Assembly (NCBI RefSeq): GCF_032191835.1
Contig: NC_083229.1
Span: 88,288,001-88,352,000 of the forward strand
Source of the DNA: Heteronotia binoei
Lineage: Eukaryota
Length of the DNA stretch: 64,000 nt
Direction of reading: 5' to 3'
The position numbers and the translations under genes were made by a program. The notes beneath the pieces are model-generated. The model searched no databases. It saw only the letters and a program-made list of their open reading frames with translations, and had not been told where the DNA came from. Positions 48,821-61,325 of the stretch are shown piece by piece. Numbering within the stretch: the stretch's first letter is position 1; each line of letters opens with the position of its first letter.

Positions 48821-50746
48821 ATGATGGAAGGCTTAAAGATAGCGGCTAAACGTAAAAACTGTGTCGTAGTAGGTGATTTTAACTACCCGCAGATTGATTG
48901 GGTCAATATGTGTTCTGGTCGAGAGAAAGAGATTGAGTTTCTTGATGCTCTCAATGACTGTGCTATGGAGCAGATGGTCTCAGAACCTACTAGGGGTGGG
49001 GCGATCCTGGATTTGGTCCTAAGTAATGCCCAAGACTTGGTGAGAGATGTAAAAGTGATCGCGCCGCTTGGGAGCAGTGACCATAATGTTATTGATTTCA
49101 CCATTTGTATAAATAGGGAGTTGCCCAAAAAGACCGCCACAACCACGTTTAACTTTAAAAGGGGTAAATTCTCTGAGATGAGGAGGCATGTGAGGAGGAA
49201 ACTGAAAGGAAAGGTAAATACGGTCAAAACCCTTGGGGAAGCTTGGACACTATTTAAAACTATAATCCAAGAAGCTCAGATAAAATACATACCACAAGTT
49301 AGGAAAGGCACAAACAGGTATAAGAAAAGGCCTGCATGGTTATCAAACAAAGTAATGGAAGCTGTAAAAGGTAAGAAAGACTCCTTTAAACGGTGGAAAA
49401 CCAGTCCAAGTGAGATTAATGAAAGGGAACACAGGCTGTGGCAAATCAAATGCAAGACTGTGATCAGGCAGGCAAAAAGGGACTATGAGGAGCATATTGC
49501 AAAAAACATAAAGACCAACAATAAAAATTTCTTCAAATATATTAGAAGTAGGAAACCAGCCAGGGAGGCAGTGGGGCCCTTGGATGACCATGGGGTAAAA
49601 GGATTACTGAAGGAGGATAGGGAAATGGCTGAGAAGCTGCATGCATTTTTTGCCTCCGTCTTCACTGTGGAAGATGAGAACTTTTTGCCCACCCCTGAAC
49701 CACTAATGTTGGAAGGGGTGTTGAAAGACCTGAGTCAGATTGAGGTGACAAAAGAGGAGGTCCTACAACTGATAGACAAATTAAAAACTAATAAGTCACC
49801 GGGTCCGGATGGCATACATCCGAGAGTTCTGAAAGAACTCAAAGTTGAACTTGTGGATCTTCTAACAAAAATCTGTAATCTTTCATTGAAATCTGCCTCC
49901 GTTCCTGAGGACTGGAAGGTAGCAAATGTCACCCCCATCTTTAAAAAGGGTTCCAGAGGAGATCCAGGAAATTACAGGCCAGTCAATCTGACTTCAATAC
50001 CGGGAAAGTTGGTAGAAACCATTATCAAGGACAGAATGAGTAGGCACATTGATGAACACGAGTTATTGAGGAAGACTCAGCATGGGTTCTGTAGGGGAAG
50101 ATCATGCCTCACTAACCTGCTACATTTCTTTGAGGGGGTGAACAAACATGTGGACAAAGGAGACCCGATAAATGTTGTTTACCTTGACTTCCAGAAAGCT
50201 TTTGATAAAGTTCCTCATCAAAGGCTCCTTAGAAAGCTTGAGAGTCATGGAGTAAAAGGACAGGTCCTCTTGTGGATCAAAAACTGGCTGAGTAATAGGA
50301 AGCAGAGAGTGAGTATAAATGGGCAGTCTTCGCAGTGGAGGACGGTAAGCAGTGGGGTGCCGCAGGACTCGGTACTGGGTCCCATGCTCTTTAACTTGTT
50401 CATAAATGATTTAGAGTTGAGAGTGAGCAGTGAAGTGGCCAAGTTTGCGGATGACACAAAATTGTTCAGGGTGGTGAGAACCAGAGAGGATTGTGAGGAG
50501 CTCCAAAGGGATCTGTTGAGGCTGGGTGAATGGGCGTCAACATGGCAGATGCGGTTCAATGTGGCCAAGTGCAAAGTAATGCACATTGGGGCCAAGAATC
50601 CCAGCTACAAATACAAGTTGATGGGGTGTGAACTGGCAGAGACTGACCATGAGAAAGTTCTTGGGGTCGTGGTAGATAATTCACTGAAAATGTCAAGACT
50701 GTGCGTTTGCAATAAAAAAGGCCAACGCCATGCTGGGAATTATTAG
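48821..50746 (+). CDS. CR1 ORF2 (partial endonuclease + RT), frameshifted near 50700
   Basis: 641-codon open frame with YLDFQKAFDKVPH, GVPQDSVLGP and KFADDTKL; continues in another frame from 50730 (MLGIIRKG..). Confidence 0.9.
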   Translation: MMEGLKIAAKRKNCVVVGDFNYPQIDWVNMCSGREKEIEFLDALNDCAMEQMVSEPTRGGAILDLVLSNAQDLVRDVKVIAPLGSSDHNVIDFTICINRELPKKTATTTFNFKRGKFSEMRRHVRRKLKGKVNTVKTLGEAWTLFKTIIQEAQIKYIPQVRKGTNRYKKRPAWLSNKVMEAVKGKKDSFKRWKTSPSEINEREHRLWQIKCKTVIRQAKRDYEEHIAKNIKTNNKNFFKYIRSRKPAREAVGPLDDHGVKGLLKEDREMAEKLHAFFASVFTVEDENFLPTPEPLMLEGVLKDLSQIEVTKEEVLQLIDKLKTNKSPGPDGIHPRVLKELKVELVDLLTKICNLSLKSASVPEDWKVANVTPIFKKGSRGDPGNYRPVNLTSIPGKLVETIIKDRMSRHIDEHELLRKTQHGFCRGRSCLTNLLHFFEGVNKHVDKGDPINVVYLDFQKAFDKVPHQRLLRKLESHGVKGQVLLWIKNWLSNRKQRVSINGQSSQWRTVSSGVPQDSVLGPMLFNLFINDLELRVSSEVAKFADDTKLFRVVRTREDCEELQRDLLRLGEWASTWQMRFNVAKCKVMHIGAKNPSYKYKLMGCELAETDHEKVLGVVVDNSLKMSRLCVCNKKGQRHAGNY

Positions 50747-51242
50747 GAAGGGAATTGAAAACAAATCAGCCAGTATCATAATGCCCCTGTATAAATCGAT
50801 GGTGCGGTCTCATTTGGAGTACTGTGTGCAGTTCTGGTCGCCGCACCTCAAAAAGGATATTATAGCATTGGAGAAAGTCCAGAAAAGGGCAACTAGAATG
50901 ATTAAAGGGCTGGAACACTTTCCCTATGAAGAAAGGTTGAAACGCTTAGGGCTCTTTAGCTTGGAGAAACGTCGACTGCGGGGTGACATGATAGAGGTTT
51001 ACAAGATAATGCATGGGATGGAGAAAGTAGAGAAAGAAGTACTTTTCTCCCTTTCTCACAATACAAGAACTCGTGGGCATTCGATGAAATTGCTGAGCAG
51101 AAAGGTTAAAACGGATAAAAGGAAGTACTTCTTCACCCAAAGGGTGATTAACATGTGGAATTCACTGCCACAGGAGGTGGTGGCGGCCACAAGCATAGCC
51201 ACCTTCAAGAGGAGGTTAGATAAAAATATGGAGCAGAGGTCC

Positions 51243-51397
51243 NNNNNNNNNNNNNNNNNNNNNNNNNNNNNNNNNNNNNNNNNNNNNNNNNNNNNNNNNN
51301 NNNNNNNNNNNNNNNNNNNNNNNNNNNNNNNNNNNNNNNNNNNNNNNNNNNNNNNNNNNNNNNNNNNNNNNNNNNNNNNNNNNNNNNNNNNNNNNNN
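51243..51397. other. Assembly gap (155 N) inside the CR1 3' end
   Basis: Run of N. Confidence 1.
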
Positions 51398-53280
51398 GAA
51401 TGTTGGACTGGATGGGCCATTGGCCTGATCTAACATGGCTTCTCTTATGTTCTTATGTTCTTAAGACTGTCTCTTCAGGTAATGTATATAGAATATTTTT
51501 TGTCAGAGGCAGGTTCTTATTTTCAAACACCCACCAGTCAACCCTCATTCCCTGAATCAGAAGTCTCTTTCATTTTGTAGGACCCTCCTTTTCTTTCTCA
51601 CTTAAATGTTTTCCAACCCATGTTGGACTGCTCATGAAAAACTTTTCCCCATAGAGGAGGAATACATTTGAAGGCCCCCTTCTTATTAAAGAAGCACAGA
51701 CGGTTAAGCAAGCCTCCAGAAAAAGGGAATAGCCTGTTTTGTCCAACAGCTACTGCAAGCAGCTGCTTCTGGAGAGATTTTTTTCTGTCTCTCTCTGCTC
51801 AATTTTTTTAAAAAAACTTTTCTAAGCATGTGGCTTGAAGGACACTGCTGTTTCTCATTAGACTTCAAGTCTTATTCTCCCCAGAGCATGCCACATAGAG
51901 ATGGATTCTATACAAACAGCATGCTCGCCATTTGGTTGTTTGCCTAGGAGCCGCTGATCCTTACCCAAGATGAGCAGCAAATTACAAATCTGGTGAGTGT
52001 TATCAATCAGTATTATTATGTTTAAGCAAACAAGTTATAGGAAGGAAGCACCATACATCAGCTTCTTACATAATTTAATGGCAACCTGCCACATATACAA
52101 ATGCATACTATAAATACAAACACTGAAGAGATAATAAAAAATCTGAAAGCATAATTCTGTCACAAAGCAGCGTTTTTTCCCCTTTGAATCCAGCAGTTAT
52201 TAACTGAATGATGTGATGTGCTTTATTTTCACCACTGATTTAAAGTTTTCGTTTGTACTAACAAGCTTCACAAACCTCTATATTCCCTGTAAGCCTTAAA
52301 TTATAGTTACGGGGAAATACAGCTGCATAAAATTTTCACAGCATACTGCTAATGTGCAAATTACAAAACTGACAGATGTAGAGTATTTCAGCTTTGTGGC
52401 ATGACATCATTTTTCAAAGAGCTGGAAATTAAGTTTGCAACTAACCAATGCTTATACCTATGCTTCTATTAATGCTAATCAAATTACTCAGAACTAATTG
52501 AGCCCTGCTGTTCAAGATTTAGTGAATAAAGATATTTATTCTGCCATGATATACAAAACAGTTTTGGCTAACAAGCCCAACAGCTTCAGCAAACAAATGC
52601 ATATAGTGGATCTGAGAGTGATCAAGGAAGAATCTTGCAACATGCTGAGTTTATGAAGATGATGAGACATCCAGCTAAAACATACCATGCAGAAATCTGG
52701 AACTGCTGGATGATGAAAGGTCATAACACAATGGAGAATTATAAGCTGAGACGAGAATCTTGCTTATCACAGAATCAAGGTGCAATGTTAACTTATTATG
52801 TTATACCTATATGACTACAAATAGTATCCTTAGTTATACTTTTAAAAAATGGAGGAAATCCTTAGGTTCCAACACTGATTCAAGAGTCTGGTTCCATTTA
52901 TTTACCTGAGGTAGTTCCTTCTCAATTTCTACTTTATTTCAAGAAAATGTTCGTAAGACATTACATTACTGGCACCTTTTACCTGTGAGGGTTGCTAGAA
53001 TTTATAGAAATAGTAATAATTGCTGTTAGTTTTGTGAACAGATGAATGCTAACTTTTTTGCATATGTGGTGGCACTGTGAGAGAGCAAACTTGTTCTGGG
53101 ATATGGTGGCGAACTGTCATTGGTCTTTAACATAAATGATAAAAACTGTAGAACTTGTTCTGCTTAATTATACAGTATATATTCCAAAATAATATCAAAC
53201 CATTGGTTTATATTTACTGACTGCTGTGAGGTGGTCTTTGCAAAAGTTCAGAAATTAAGGCCGCATTAGATTGGTTAAAT

Positions 53281-55482
53281 CTCTCTCGGCTTGACTTCGC
53301 GAACGAAGATTTAAGAAAGGTGCAGTAGTCCACGTCTGTTGCAGGCTCGCTGGTGGCTGACAAGACCAATGCGGGACAGGCAGGTCCGGCCACAGTGGCT
53401 GCAGGGAAAAGTCTGATTTGGGGTTGGTGCTGTAGCAGTACGATTCTTCCTCAATCTCCTTTTGTCCTCAAGACCAGCTATGCGTGCATTCTCAAAGGAA
53501 GAGACAGCCTGGTGGATGGTGTGCCTCCATGCTTTGCGATCTGAGGCTAGGTCAGACCACTGGTGATGGTTAATGCAACAGGTACCAAGGGATTTCTTCA
53601 AGGAGTCCTTGTACCTCTTCTTTGGTGCCCCTCTATTTCGATGGCCGTTGGAAAGTTCGCCATACAGGGCAATCTTGGGAAGGCGGTGGTTTTCCATCCT
53701 GGAGATATGCCCTGCCCAGCGCAGCTGCGTCTTCAACAGCAATGCCTCGATGCTTGTAACCTCCGCCCGCTTGAGGACTTCAGTGTTGGTCACAAAGTCA
53801 CTCCAGTGGATGTTGAGGATGGTGCGAAGGCAGCGCTGATGAAAGCGCTCAAGGAGTCGCAGGTGATGACGGTATAAAACCCACGATTCGGAGCCGTAGA
53901 TGAGGGTTGTCATCACAACCGCTTTGTAAACATTGATCTTTGTGCCTTTTTTCAGATGCTTGTTGCTCCACACTCTTTTGTGCAGTCGGCCAAATGCATG
54001 GTTTGCCTTTGCCAGCCTATTGTCAATCTCCTTGTCGATCTTGGTGTCTGAGGAGATGATGCACCCCAGGTAGCTGAACTGCTGGACTGTCTTCAAAACT
54101 GATTCACCCACAGTAATACAAGGAGGGTGATAATCTTCCTGGGGTGCAGGCTGGTGGAGAACTTCTGTCTTCTTCAGACTAACTTCTAGGCCGAATAGCT
54201 TGGCAGCCTCTGCAAAGCAGGACGTCATATGCTGCAGAGCTGATACCAAGTGGGAGACAAGTGCAGCATCATCAGCAAACAGTAGCTCTCGGATAAGTTT
54301 TTCCATTGTCTTGGAGTGGGCCTTTAGTTGCCACAGGTTGAACAGGCTGCCATCGGTGCGATAGCGGATGTAGACACCATTGTCATCATCTAAATCTACT
54401 GTGGCTCTTTGAAGCATCATGCTAAAGAAGATCGTAAAGAGAGTTGGCACGAGAACACAGCCTTGCTTTACACCTGTGCCTATTGGGAAGGGCTCCGAGA
54501 GATCGTTGCAGTGTCTGACTTGGCCTCGCTGGTATTCATGTAGCTGGATGACCATACTGAGGAACCTTGGGGGACATCCTAAACGTTCCAAGATTTGCCA
54601 CAGGCCGTTCCTGTTAACGGTATCAAAAGCTTTAGTAAGGTCGACAAAAGTCACATATAGACCCTTGTTCTGTTCCCTGCATTTCTCTTGGAGCTGCCTG
54701 AGAACAAATACCATGTCGGTGGTGCTCCTGTTAACTCTGAAGCCACACTGGCTCTCTGGGAGGAGTTCTTCTGCAATGGTGGGCACCAGTCTGTTCAGGA
54801 GTATTCTAGCAAGGATTTTGCCTGCGATGGAGAGCAGGGTTATCCCCCAGTAGCTGGAGCAGTCTGACTTTTCCCCTTTGTTCTTATGTAGAGTAATGAT
54901 GATTGCACCGCGAAAGTCCCGTGGTAGTTTGCCTTGTTCCCAGCAGGTGACAAGTACTTTGTGAAGTGTACTATGTAGTACTATGCCCCCATGCTTCCAG
55001 ATCTCTGGTGGAATTCTATCAACTCCCGCTGCCTTGCCACTTTTCAGTTGCTTGATGGCTTTAACAGTCTCTTCTAGGGTGGGGATCACATCCAACTCTG
55101 TTTTCACTGGTTGAAGTGGGGTGAGGTGGATTGCTGAATCTTGAACTATGCGATTGGCACTGAAGAGATCCTGAGAATACTCCGACCACCGGTTCAGTAT
55201 GGATGCCTTGTCTGTGAGGAGCACTTGGCCATCTGCAGTACGCAAGGGACTCTGAGCCTGATATGATGGATCATATACTGCCTTCAGGGCTTCGTAGAAC
55301 CCTCTTAAATCACCAGTGTCTGCACACAGCTGGGTTCTCTCTGCAAGCTTGGTCCACCACTCGTTCTGAATGTCTCGAAGCTTGCGCTGGAGGTTGCTAC
55401 ATACAGCGCGAAAGGTTGCTTTTTTCCCGGGACAGGAGGGCTGAGCAAGATGTGCTTGGTAGGCAGATCTCTTTTTCGCCAG
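53281..55482 (-). mobile_element. RTE-clade LINE (not BovB-type), 5'-truncated
   Basis: VDLTKAFDTVNR, GVKQGCVL and LLFADDAAL motifs; 3'UTR taaatcttcgttcgcgaag.. with an (AG)n tail; possible 5-bp TSD taaat. Confidence 0.93.
53311..55482 (-). CDS. RTE reverse transcriptase with C-terminal zinc finger, uninterrupted but lacking the endonuclease
   Basis: About 720 open codons ending FPCSHCGRTCLSRIGLVSHQRAC..*. Confidence 0.9.
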   Translation of the reverse strand: MAKKRSAYQAHLAQPSCPGKKATFRAVCSNLQRKLRDIQNEWWTKLAERTQLCADTGDLRGFYEALKAVYDPSYQAQSPLRTADGQVLLTDKASILNRWSEYSQDLFSANRIVQDSAIHLTPLQPVKTELDVIPTLEETVKAIKQLKSGKAAGVDRIPPEIWKHGGIVLHSTLHKVLVTCWEQGKLPRDFRGAIIITLHKNKGEKSDCSSYWGITLLSIAGKILARILLNRLVPTIAEELLPESQCGFRVNRSTTDMVFVLRQLQEKCREQNKGLYVTFVDLTKAFDTVNRNGLWQILERLGCPPRFLSMVIQLHEYQRGQVRHCNDLSEPFPIGTGVKQGCVLVPTLFTIFFSMMLQRATVDLDDDNGVYIRYRTDGSLFNLWQLKAHSKTMEKLIRELLFADDAALVSHLVSALQHMTSCFAEAAKLFGLEVSLKKTEVLHQPAPQEDYHPPCITVGESVLKTVQQFSYLGCIISSDTKIDKEIDNRLAKANHAFGRLHKRVWSNKHLKKGTKINVYKAVVMTTLIYGSESWVLYRHHLRLLERFHQRCLRTILNIHWSDFVTNTEVLKRAEVTSIEALLLKTQLRWAGHISRMENHRLPKIALYGELSNGHRNRGAPKKRYKDSLKKSLGTCCINHHQWSDLASDRKAWRHTIHQAVSSFENARIAGLEDKRRLRKNRTATAPTPNQTFPCSHCGRTCLSRIGLVSHQRACNRRGLLHLS

Positions 55483-55996
55483 TAAATACAGCAAAATAAA
55501 TGAACTAGTAAAATTGATTTAAATGCAAAAATCCCAAGATATAAAAGCATTGAAATAATTTGGAGCTTTGTCATATTGAGGATTAAAACAATTTCTTAAA
55601 ATTTTTTACCATACTTAACTGTATAAGCAATCATATATAAAATATTTGTAATATTTAATGTAGGTATGGTTGAACTGGAGAAAGAATTAATTTTACCTAC
55701 TTTATGCAACCTATAAATTAGTAATAAAAATCAACTAAAATACAACTGTAAAAGAAATAAACTAGTATTAAGTCTGGTTAAAATTGATATATTTCTATGT
55801 ACATTGTATTTACAACTATGAATCCATAATTAATTCCTCCAGACAGGTTCTACTACAAACTCAATAAAGTCATTGGAACAATACTATAGCTACCTCTTAG
55901 TAATCCTGCTTCTAAACCTTATATATCTAATGTTCAATAATATTTAAATGCTTGGTTGAACTAAAGTTACAAGGTTGAAGGTGAAAATGAATAGTC

Positions 55997-56489
55997 CCGG
56001 GGTGTCAAACATGCAGCCCGGGGGACAAATCAGGCCCCCGTAGGGCTCACATCAGGTCCCCGAACAACTGGCTCTTGTCTGCTTCCTTCTGCATCTCAAC
56101 TTGCTTTGCAAGGCTTGCTTAATCACACTGGAGCTACAGAGCAAAACCTCAATTTTCTCCATTACCTGAGGCTCCTCCCCCTCCTGGTCCCCTGGGGATA
56201 GAAGGAAAGAGCCAGAGTTTTCTTTGCCCAGTTCCCTTGATCCCATGGGAGAAATACAAAGAAAGCACCTTTAAGACCAACAAGTGCTAATGTTTAAGCA
56301 TGTTTTATTTTAAGGTGTTTAAAAAAAAAAAAATTTAGTCGTGTTTGTGTCCTTTAAAAAGTTTATATCTCTGCTACCTAATCTTAAATAGGTATACACA
56401 TGGCCCGGCCCGATATGGCCCAGGCTGGCCCAACAAGTTCTCATTTAGGTCAGATCTGGTCCTCATGTCAAATGAGGTTGACACCCTTG
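55997..56489. mobile_element. hAT-Charlie-like MITE
   Basis: Ends ccggggtgtcaaac / ggttgacacccttg; flanks gaatagtc / ctctagtc (5/8). Confidence 0.75.
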
Positions 56490-57353
56490 CTCTAGTCTCT
56501 TGTTTTTATGGGAAACATTCAAAAAACTTTTTTAAAAAAAATGAAAGAAAGAAACACAACCAATGCATCCTAGAAAGGTAAGCTCATTACTCTGGATGTC
56601 TCTCCAATGAGTACAGCACAGGGACAGAATTTCTTAATATTTCAAAAAAAATATACAATACACTATAATAAAGAACCCATGACCATGCAGCAGTACATAT
56701 GCCACAAATCTGGATTTGGTACCATGCCATGACTTCTACTTTTTCATTACATTTTGCCATGTGATGGTTATATATAGGATGCCAACTGAATTCTTTTACA
56801 GTTTCACAGAGACTATGACAGCAGGTAAATATTACCATCTTCACAATCTCAAGTACAAACAGGCATGTGAAGCTTTGGAAGTGCCAAGCATACACTTAAA
56901 CAATTCTGACAGATGCTAGTCCAACCATAATGCTGATCCTCATAGAACAGTGCCACTAGGTAAACACAGCTAGAGCAACCTTTTGCTAATCAAGGGGGAA
57001 GGGGGAATTGTAAGAAAATAAGTTTTTATGGTATGTGAAATGCATAGCCACCGGGTTTGCCCACCCTAAAAATGATATTTTTCCTCCCATTGTGTGATCA
57101 CAGTCATATGTACTGATTTTAGGAATGTATATCCCACCTGTTATGGATAGCAACAATATAAAAATCAGATAAAAGCAAAGAAATCAGATTGATAAAACAA
57201 TAACCATAGCATATAGCACATTTAAAAGGAAAGGCAGTATGAAACAGGCTATACAGAGTAAATTAATTAATTACTCATCTGGAAGATCATAAAACATCAA
57301 AGGCAGATTCATAAAACAGCAGCAATATGGACTTAAAATAAGACCATTAGGAG

Positions 57354-57541
57354 CAGTGTTCCCTCTAAACTGAGTTAATGTGAGTTGGTTCACAGATTTT
57401 TTAGCCTCCAGCTCACAGATTTTTGTCTTAGCTCAGGAAGGATGGCCCCAGAGCACAATAATTTTTGCAGTAGCTCATAATTTTAATGCTCACAAAGTAG
57501 ACTTTTTGCTCACAAGATTTTGCAGCTTAGAGGGAACATTG
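57354..57541. mobile_element. hAT MITE (188 bp)
   Basis: 19-bp TIR cagtgttccctctaaactg / cagcttagagggaacattg (2 mismatches); TSD attaggag / actaggag. Confidence 0.85.
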
Positions 57542-58249
57542 ACTAGGAGTAAAATGGTTAATAACATAAAAATTGCATATTATCCATAATAAAGCCAGCA
57601 CAGCATAAATCAGGGAATTAAACTATGAATGGATTGATCCACTTCTGAAAGTTAAATGTCACTATGTTAAATGTAACTAGTTAAATGCAAACTATGTGGA
57701 GTTGGGAATTCCACTATGAGGCAACCAAACAGAAGACACCTTGTTCTGGGTGCTAGCTTTGATTCTCTCATTGAAGGCATACAGATGACAACCTCATGGG
57801 TAGGATCGCATAAGCAGAGATAGTCCAAATACCCTGCACTCAAGTTAGTTAGGGCTTTAGCAGTAAGCATCACCATGGCAGGTTCAAATTGGATTTTTTT
57901 TGCACAATTCAAATCAATGGAAGCTTTCACACCATACTCAAAGGCTAAGTAGAGCTCACTACTGTAATATAATATGGAGGTTACAAAGGCATGTGTGAGT
58001 GATGCCAGATTGGCTTGTTATAGAAATAGTCGCAATGCCTTGCTAAAACCTGGAAACTCAATAGTCTACTTCTCAAGAAACAGGGCTGGGTCCAGGAACT
58101 CAGAGAGAATACAGCCTCCTCCTTCCCACAGAGTCTGCACACAGCACTGGGTTAGCCTTACTTTCAAACCACAGTACTTCCACTTTGTCTAGATTAAGTT
58201 TCAGCTTGTTTTCCCACATCTAGCCCTTCACCAACAGTGATTAAAGGTT

Positions 58250-58560
58250 TCTGTGGCTTCCTTTGAGTTTGATGGAAAGTAGATAGATTATGGGCCACCT
58301 GTGTACTCATTGCACCAGACTTCAGATGACCTCTGCCCATGATTTCACGTAGATGTTAAATACCATGGCATATGAAATGGAACTCTGTACAACCCCAGAT
58401 GTAGAGCAATAACAAAGTACTATGGGAGGACAACATTTGTCTCCCAGTACCACTTTCTGTGACATGTCTACTAAGTCAGACCAGAGACAATGTAAAATAG
58501 TAACACATACACCACAACAAGCTGAAACAGAAGGATGATTGAATATATCAAAAGACACTA
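58250..58560 (-). mobile_element. Very old CR1-like RT remnant
   Basis: SGVVQSSISYAMVFNIYV resembles SGVPQGSILGPVLFNIF. Confidence 0.35.
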
Positions 58561-58685
58561 AAGAAGTCCAAGAAAAACAAGCAATAGCATTGCAAGCTGG
58601 CACTAAGTAGCCACAATGGTAGTTGGAAAATTAAGCTTTCCTTGCCATCACCACTACAGAGTATGTTCTAATGTGATCTCTAGCC

Positions 58686-59319
58686 AAGAGGGGTCAAACA
58701 TGCAGCCCGGGGGCCAGATCAGGCCCCCAGAGAGCTCTTATCAGGCCACGAGCAACTCACTGTCATCTGCTTCCTTCTCTCTCTTGCTTCCTTCTGTATC
58801 ACAACTTGCTTTGTCAGGCTTGCTCAATCACACAGGAGCTACAGAGTAATACAGGAGCTATTTTCCCCATTGGCTGACCAGCATATGAAGCAGCTTATGT
58901 ACAAAAGCTCGCAATGCCCAGCCATTGCATATTTTCCCCTGCATCTTAGGCTCAAAGCACTGACCATAAGATTTCTGTAATGATGTCAACTTACAGACAC
59001 ATCTCTGAACAACACCTGAATAACATACTCAAGATTGCTACAGCACAGTCATTGTCTCCAGATTTTGATGCAATAATTCAGAGTAAAAGGTGCCAGTTAT
59101 CAGACTGTTAAATGAACAAAATATTGTAACAGTGCTAATCTTTTAAACATATTTCAAGGTTTTTTTTAAAAAAAACTTTAATTTGTGTTTGTCTGTGTCC
59201 TTTATAAAGTTTATATCTCTGCTACCTGGCATTACATTTTATGACACACATGGCCTGGCTCCACAAGGTCACATTTAAGTCAGATCCAGCCCTCATAATA
59301 AATGAGTTCAACACCCCTG
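58686..59319. mobile_element. hAT-Charlie-like MITE
   Basis: Ends aagaggggtcaaac / gagttcaacacccctg; TSD ctctagcc / ctctaacc (7/8). Confidence 0.8.
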
Positions 59320-60652
59320 CTCTAACCCATCTTCTAGTTCTTTCAGAACAAAGCCTTAAAAATTTAAAAAAGAGCAAAGCTTTATCTGCTTTCTCTATAG
59401 TCACTGCTCCTGTTTTCTTTTGAACCATGAGCTAAATGAATTTGTCACTGCATTTTAGGTTTCCAAAGTCTCTGAGAGGCATTAACATTGTTATCCTTAC
59501 AAAAGCCCTGTAAAGTAGGCCAGCACTATTATTTGCACTAGAGTGGCTTCTCTAAATCTGAGGTGAGATTTCAAATGAGAATTTTCTGGCTTACTCTGAG
59601 GTACACCAACGGAAATTTTTCTTCATAAATATTTTGTTTTGCAACTTGATTTCTGTCTCTCACAAATTATAACCTATGGCGATAGCAGAGTACTAATGCA
59701 TGTGGTCAACACTTCTTTTCAATGTTTTAAGATGTACTTTTGTTTTCTAATTTTAGGATTCTGTCTCATTCTATCTTTCTTTTGTGTACCACATTTAACA
59801 AGTCAGGAATAAATCACAGCAATAAGCAAATTATTTTTAAATTTAACTTGCATTCCTCTTGGAAATACATTTATTCAATTTCTATGCATTTTCCTTTCAA
59901 ATGTATTGCCTATGCAGCGTTAGATCTAGAACAATGTAAGATTCTGAGGACAGGTTTCTAACTATCCAACATTTAATTTCATTATACAGTACATTTCAAA
60001 AATGGATAGAAATCCTTTCTGCTTCCAAAAGCTTCATAATCCATGTAGAATGTATTTTCTTATCAGCATTAGTAACTGACTGGTTAACAGACTGCATCGC
60101 CATAATGAAACTACTATACCAGCATCCTCTTTTCTGAAAGATTAACTGTTGAAAGTAGTGATGTCCTTTGACAAACTATCAGCCGGATCTCAACCCAGGA
60201 CAGGATATCCAAAATGATTTATCACTTCCTAGTGTGTTTAGAATAGCTATTGCATTCTATTCACAGAACATTTGCATGTGCAGCTTTGAGAAGCAATAAA
60301 ATGGAGCAATCTTCCCACCAAATTAATTACTCTAATATGTTTATCTTTAAAAGTAGGGGGGGAAGCACAATTACGTAATACTCTTGATCCAAGCCACTGT
60401 AATCAAACCAATGTCTCTAATAAGAAGGGTCCAAGTTGATTCCCAAAAGTAGTGGAATGTCATAGGAAACCAAAATTTAAATATGAATTGTGACAAATTA
60501 AAGCAGGGGAAAAAATGAAAATTCATTCTTGCTATTTTCAAAAATTTAATCTCTAAGAAATTACTAAGGAAAGGGATGATTACAAGATATCACTGCATAT
60601 TAAACTCTTTCTCCTTAGGATAGTGTACCTTTAAAATTAAAACAAGATTTTG

Positions 60653-60930
60653 CAGGCAGTTTGGTGTAGTGGTTAAAAGCATGGATTCTAATCTGGGAGA
60701 ATCAGGTTTGATTCGTAGTCCTCCACGTGCACCTGCTGAATAACCTTGGGTCAGTCACAGTTCCTGAAAGAACTGCTCTCTCTCTAGAACAGTTCTTGAA
60801 AAGAGTTCTCTCAGCCCCACCTACCTCACAGGGTGTCTGTTGTGGGGAAAGTGGGGGAAAAGAGATTGTAAACCACTTTGAGACTGTGTGTGAAGGGTGG
60901 GGTATAAATCCAATCTCTTCTTCTCTTCTT
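60653..60930 (+). mobile_element. Squam3-like SINE, full length
   Basis: cagtttggtgtagtggttaa head, ggtttgattc B box, core, (TTC)n tail. Confidence 0.87.
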
Positions 60931-61325
60931 GACTTCTATGTGGCAACATAAATTCTTCTGCAAGGTTAAGTTTAGTGAAAACAAGTCCTATATAACAATC
61001 CCATTGCGGGCAAATATACCTTTCATGGATTTCATCCACGTATAAATCTCAGTCATGTTACCGAAAAACCTATTACGCAATTTGAATTCAAAGTACTGAA
61101 TACCAGCTGCTTTAAATGAAAGTAACCTCAATGGTGTTGGCAGCAACTTTAACTCAGGCTCTAGAGATGCCAAGAGAAATATGCTAATGTATAGCAGCTG
61201 ACGATGTAGCCTTTTGATTCTCTATAGTATCTAAAACTACTTACCCTGCTTGACCACAAAGAAAGGTTTTAGTGACTTGCTGTAGATATTCAGGCAAGTC
61301 TATGTTCAATACTGTCTTCTGAGAA

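Larger units (their letters stand above)
48820..51462 (+). mobile_element. CR1 LINE, 5'-truncated, young
   Basis: ORF2 from the endonuclease C-terminus (VVGDFNYPQIDW, ILDLVL, SDHN) through RT; (CTTATGTT)n tail; candidate 6-bp TSD aagact (48814-48819 / 51463-51468). Confidence 0.95.
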
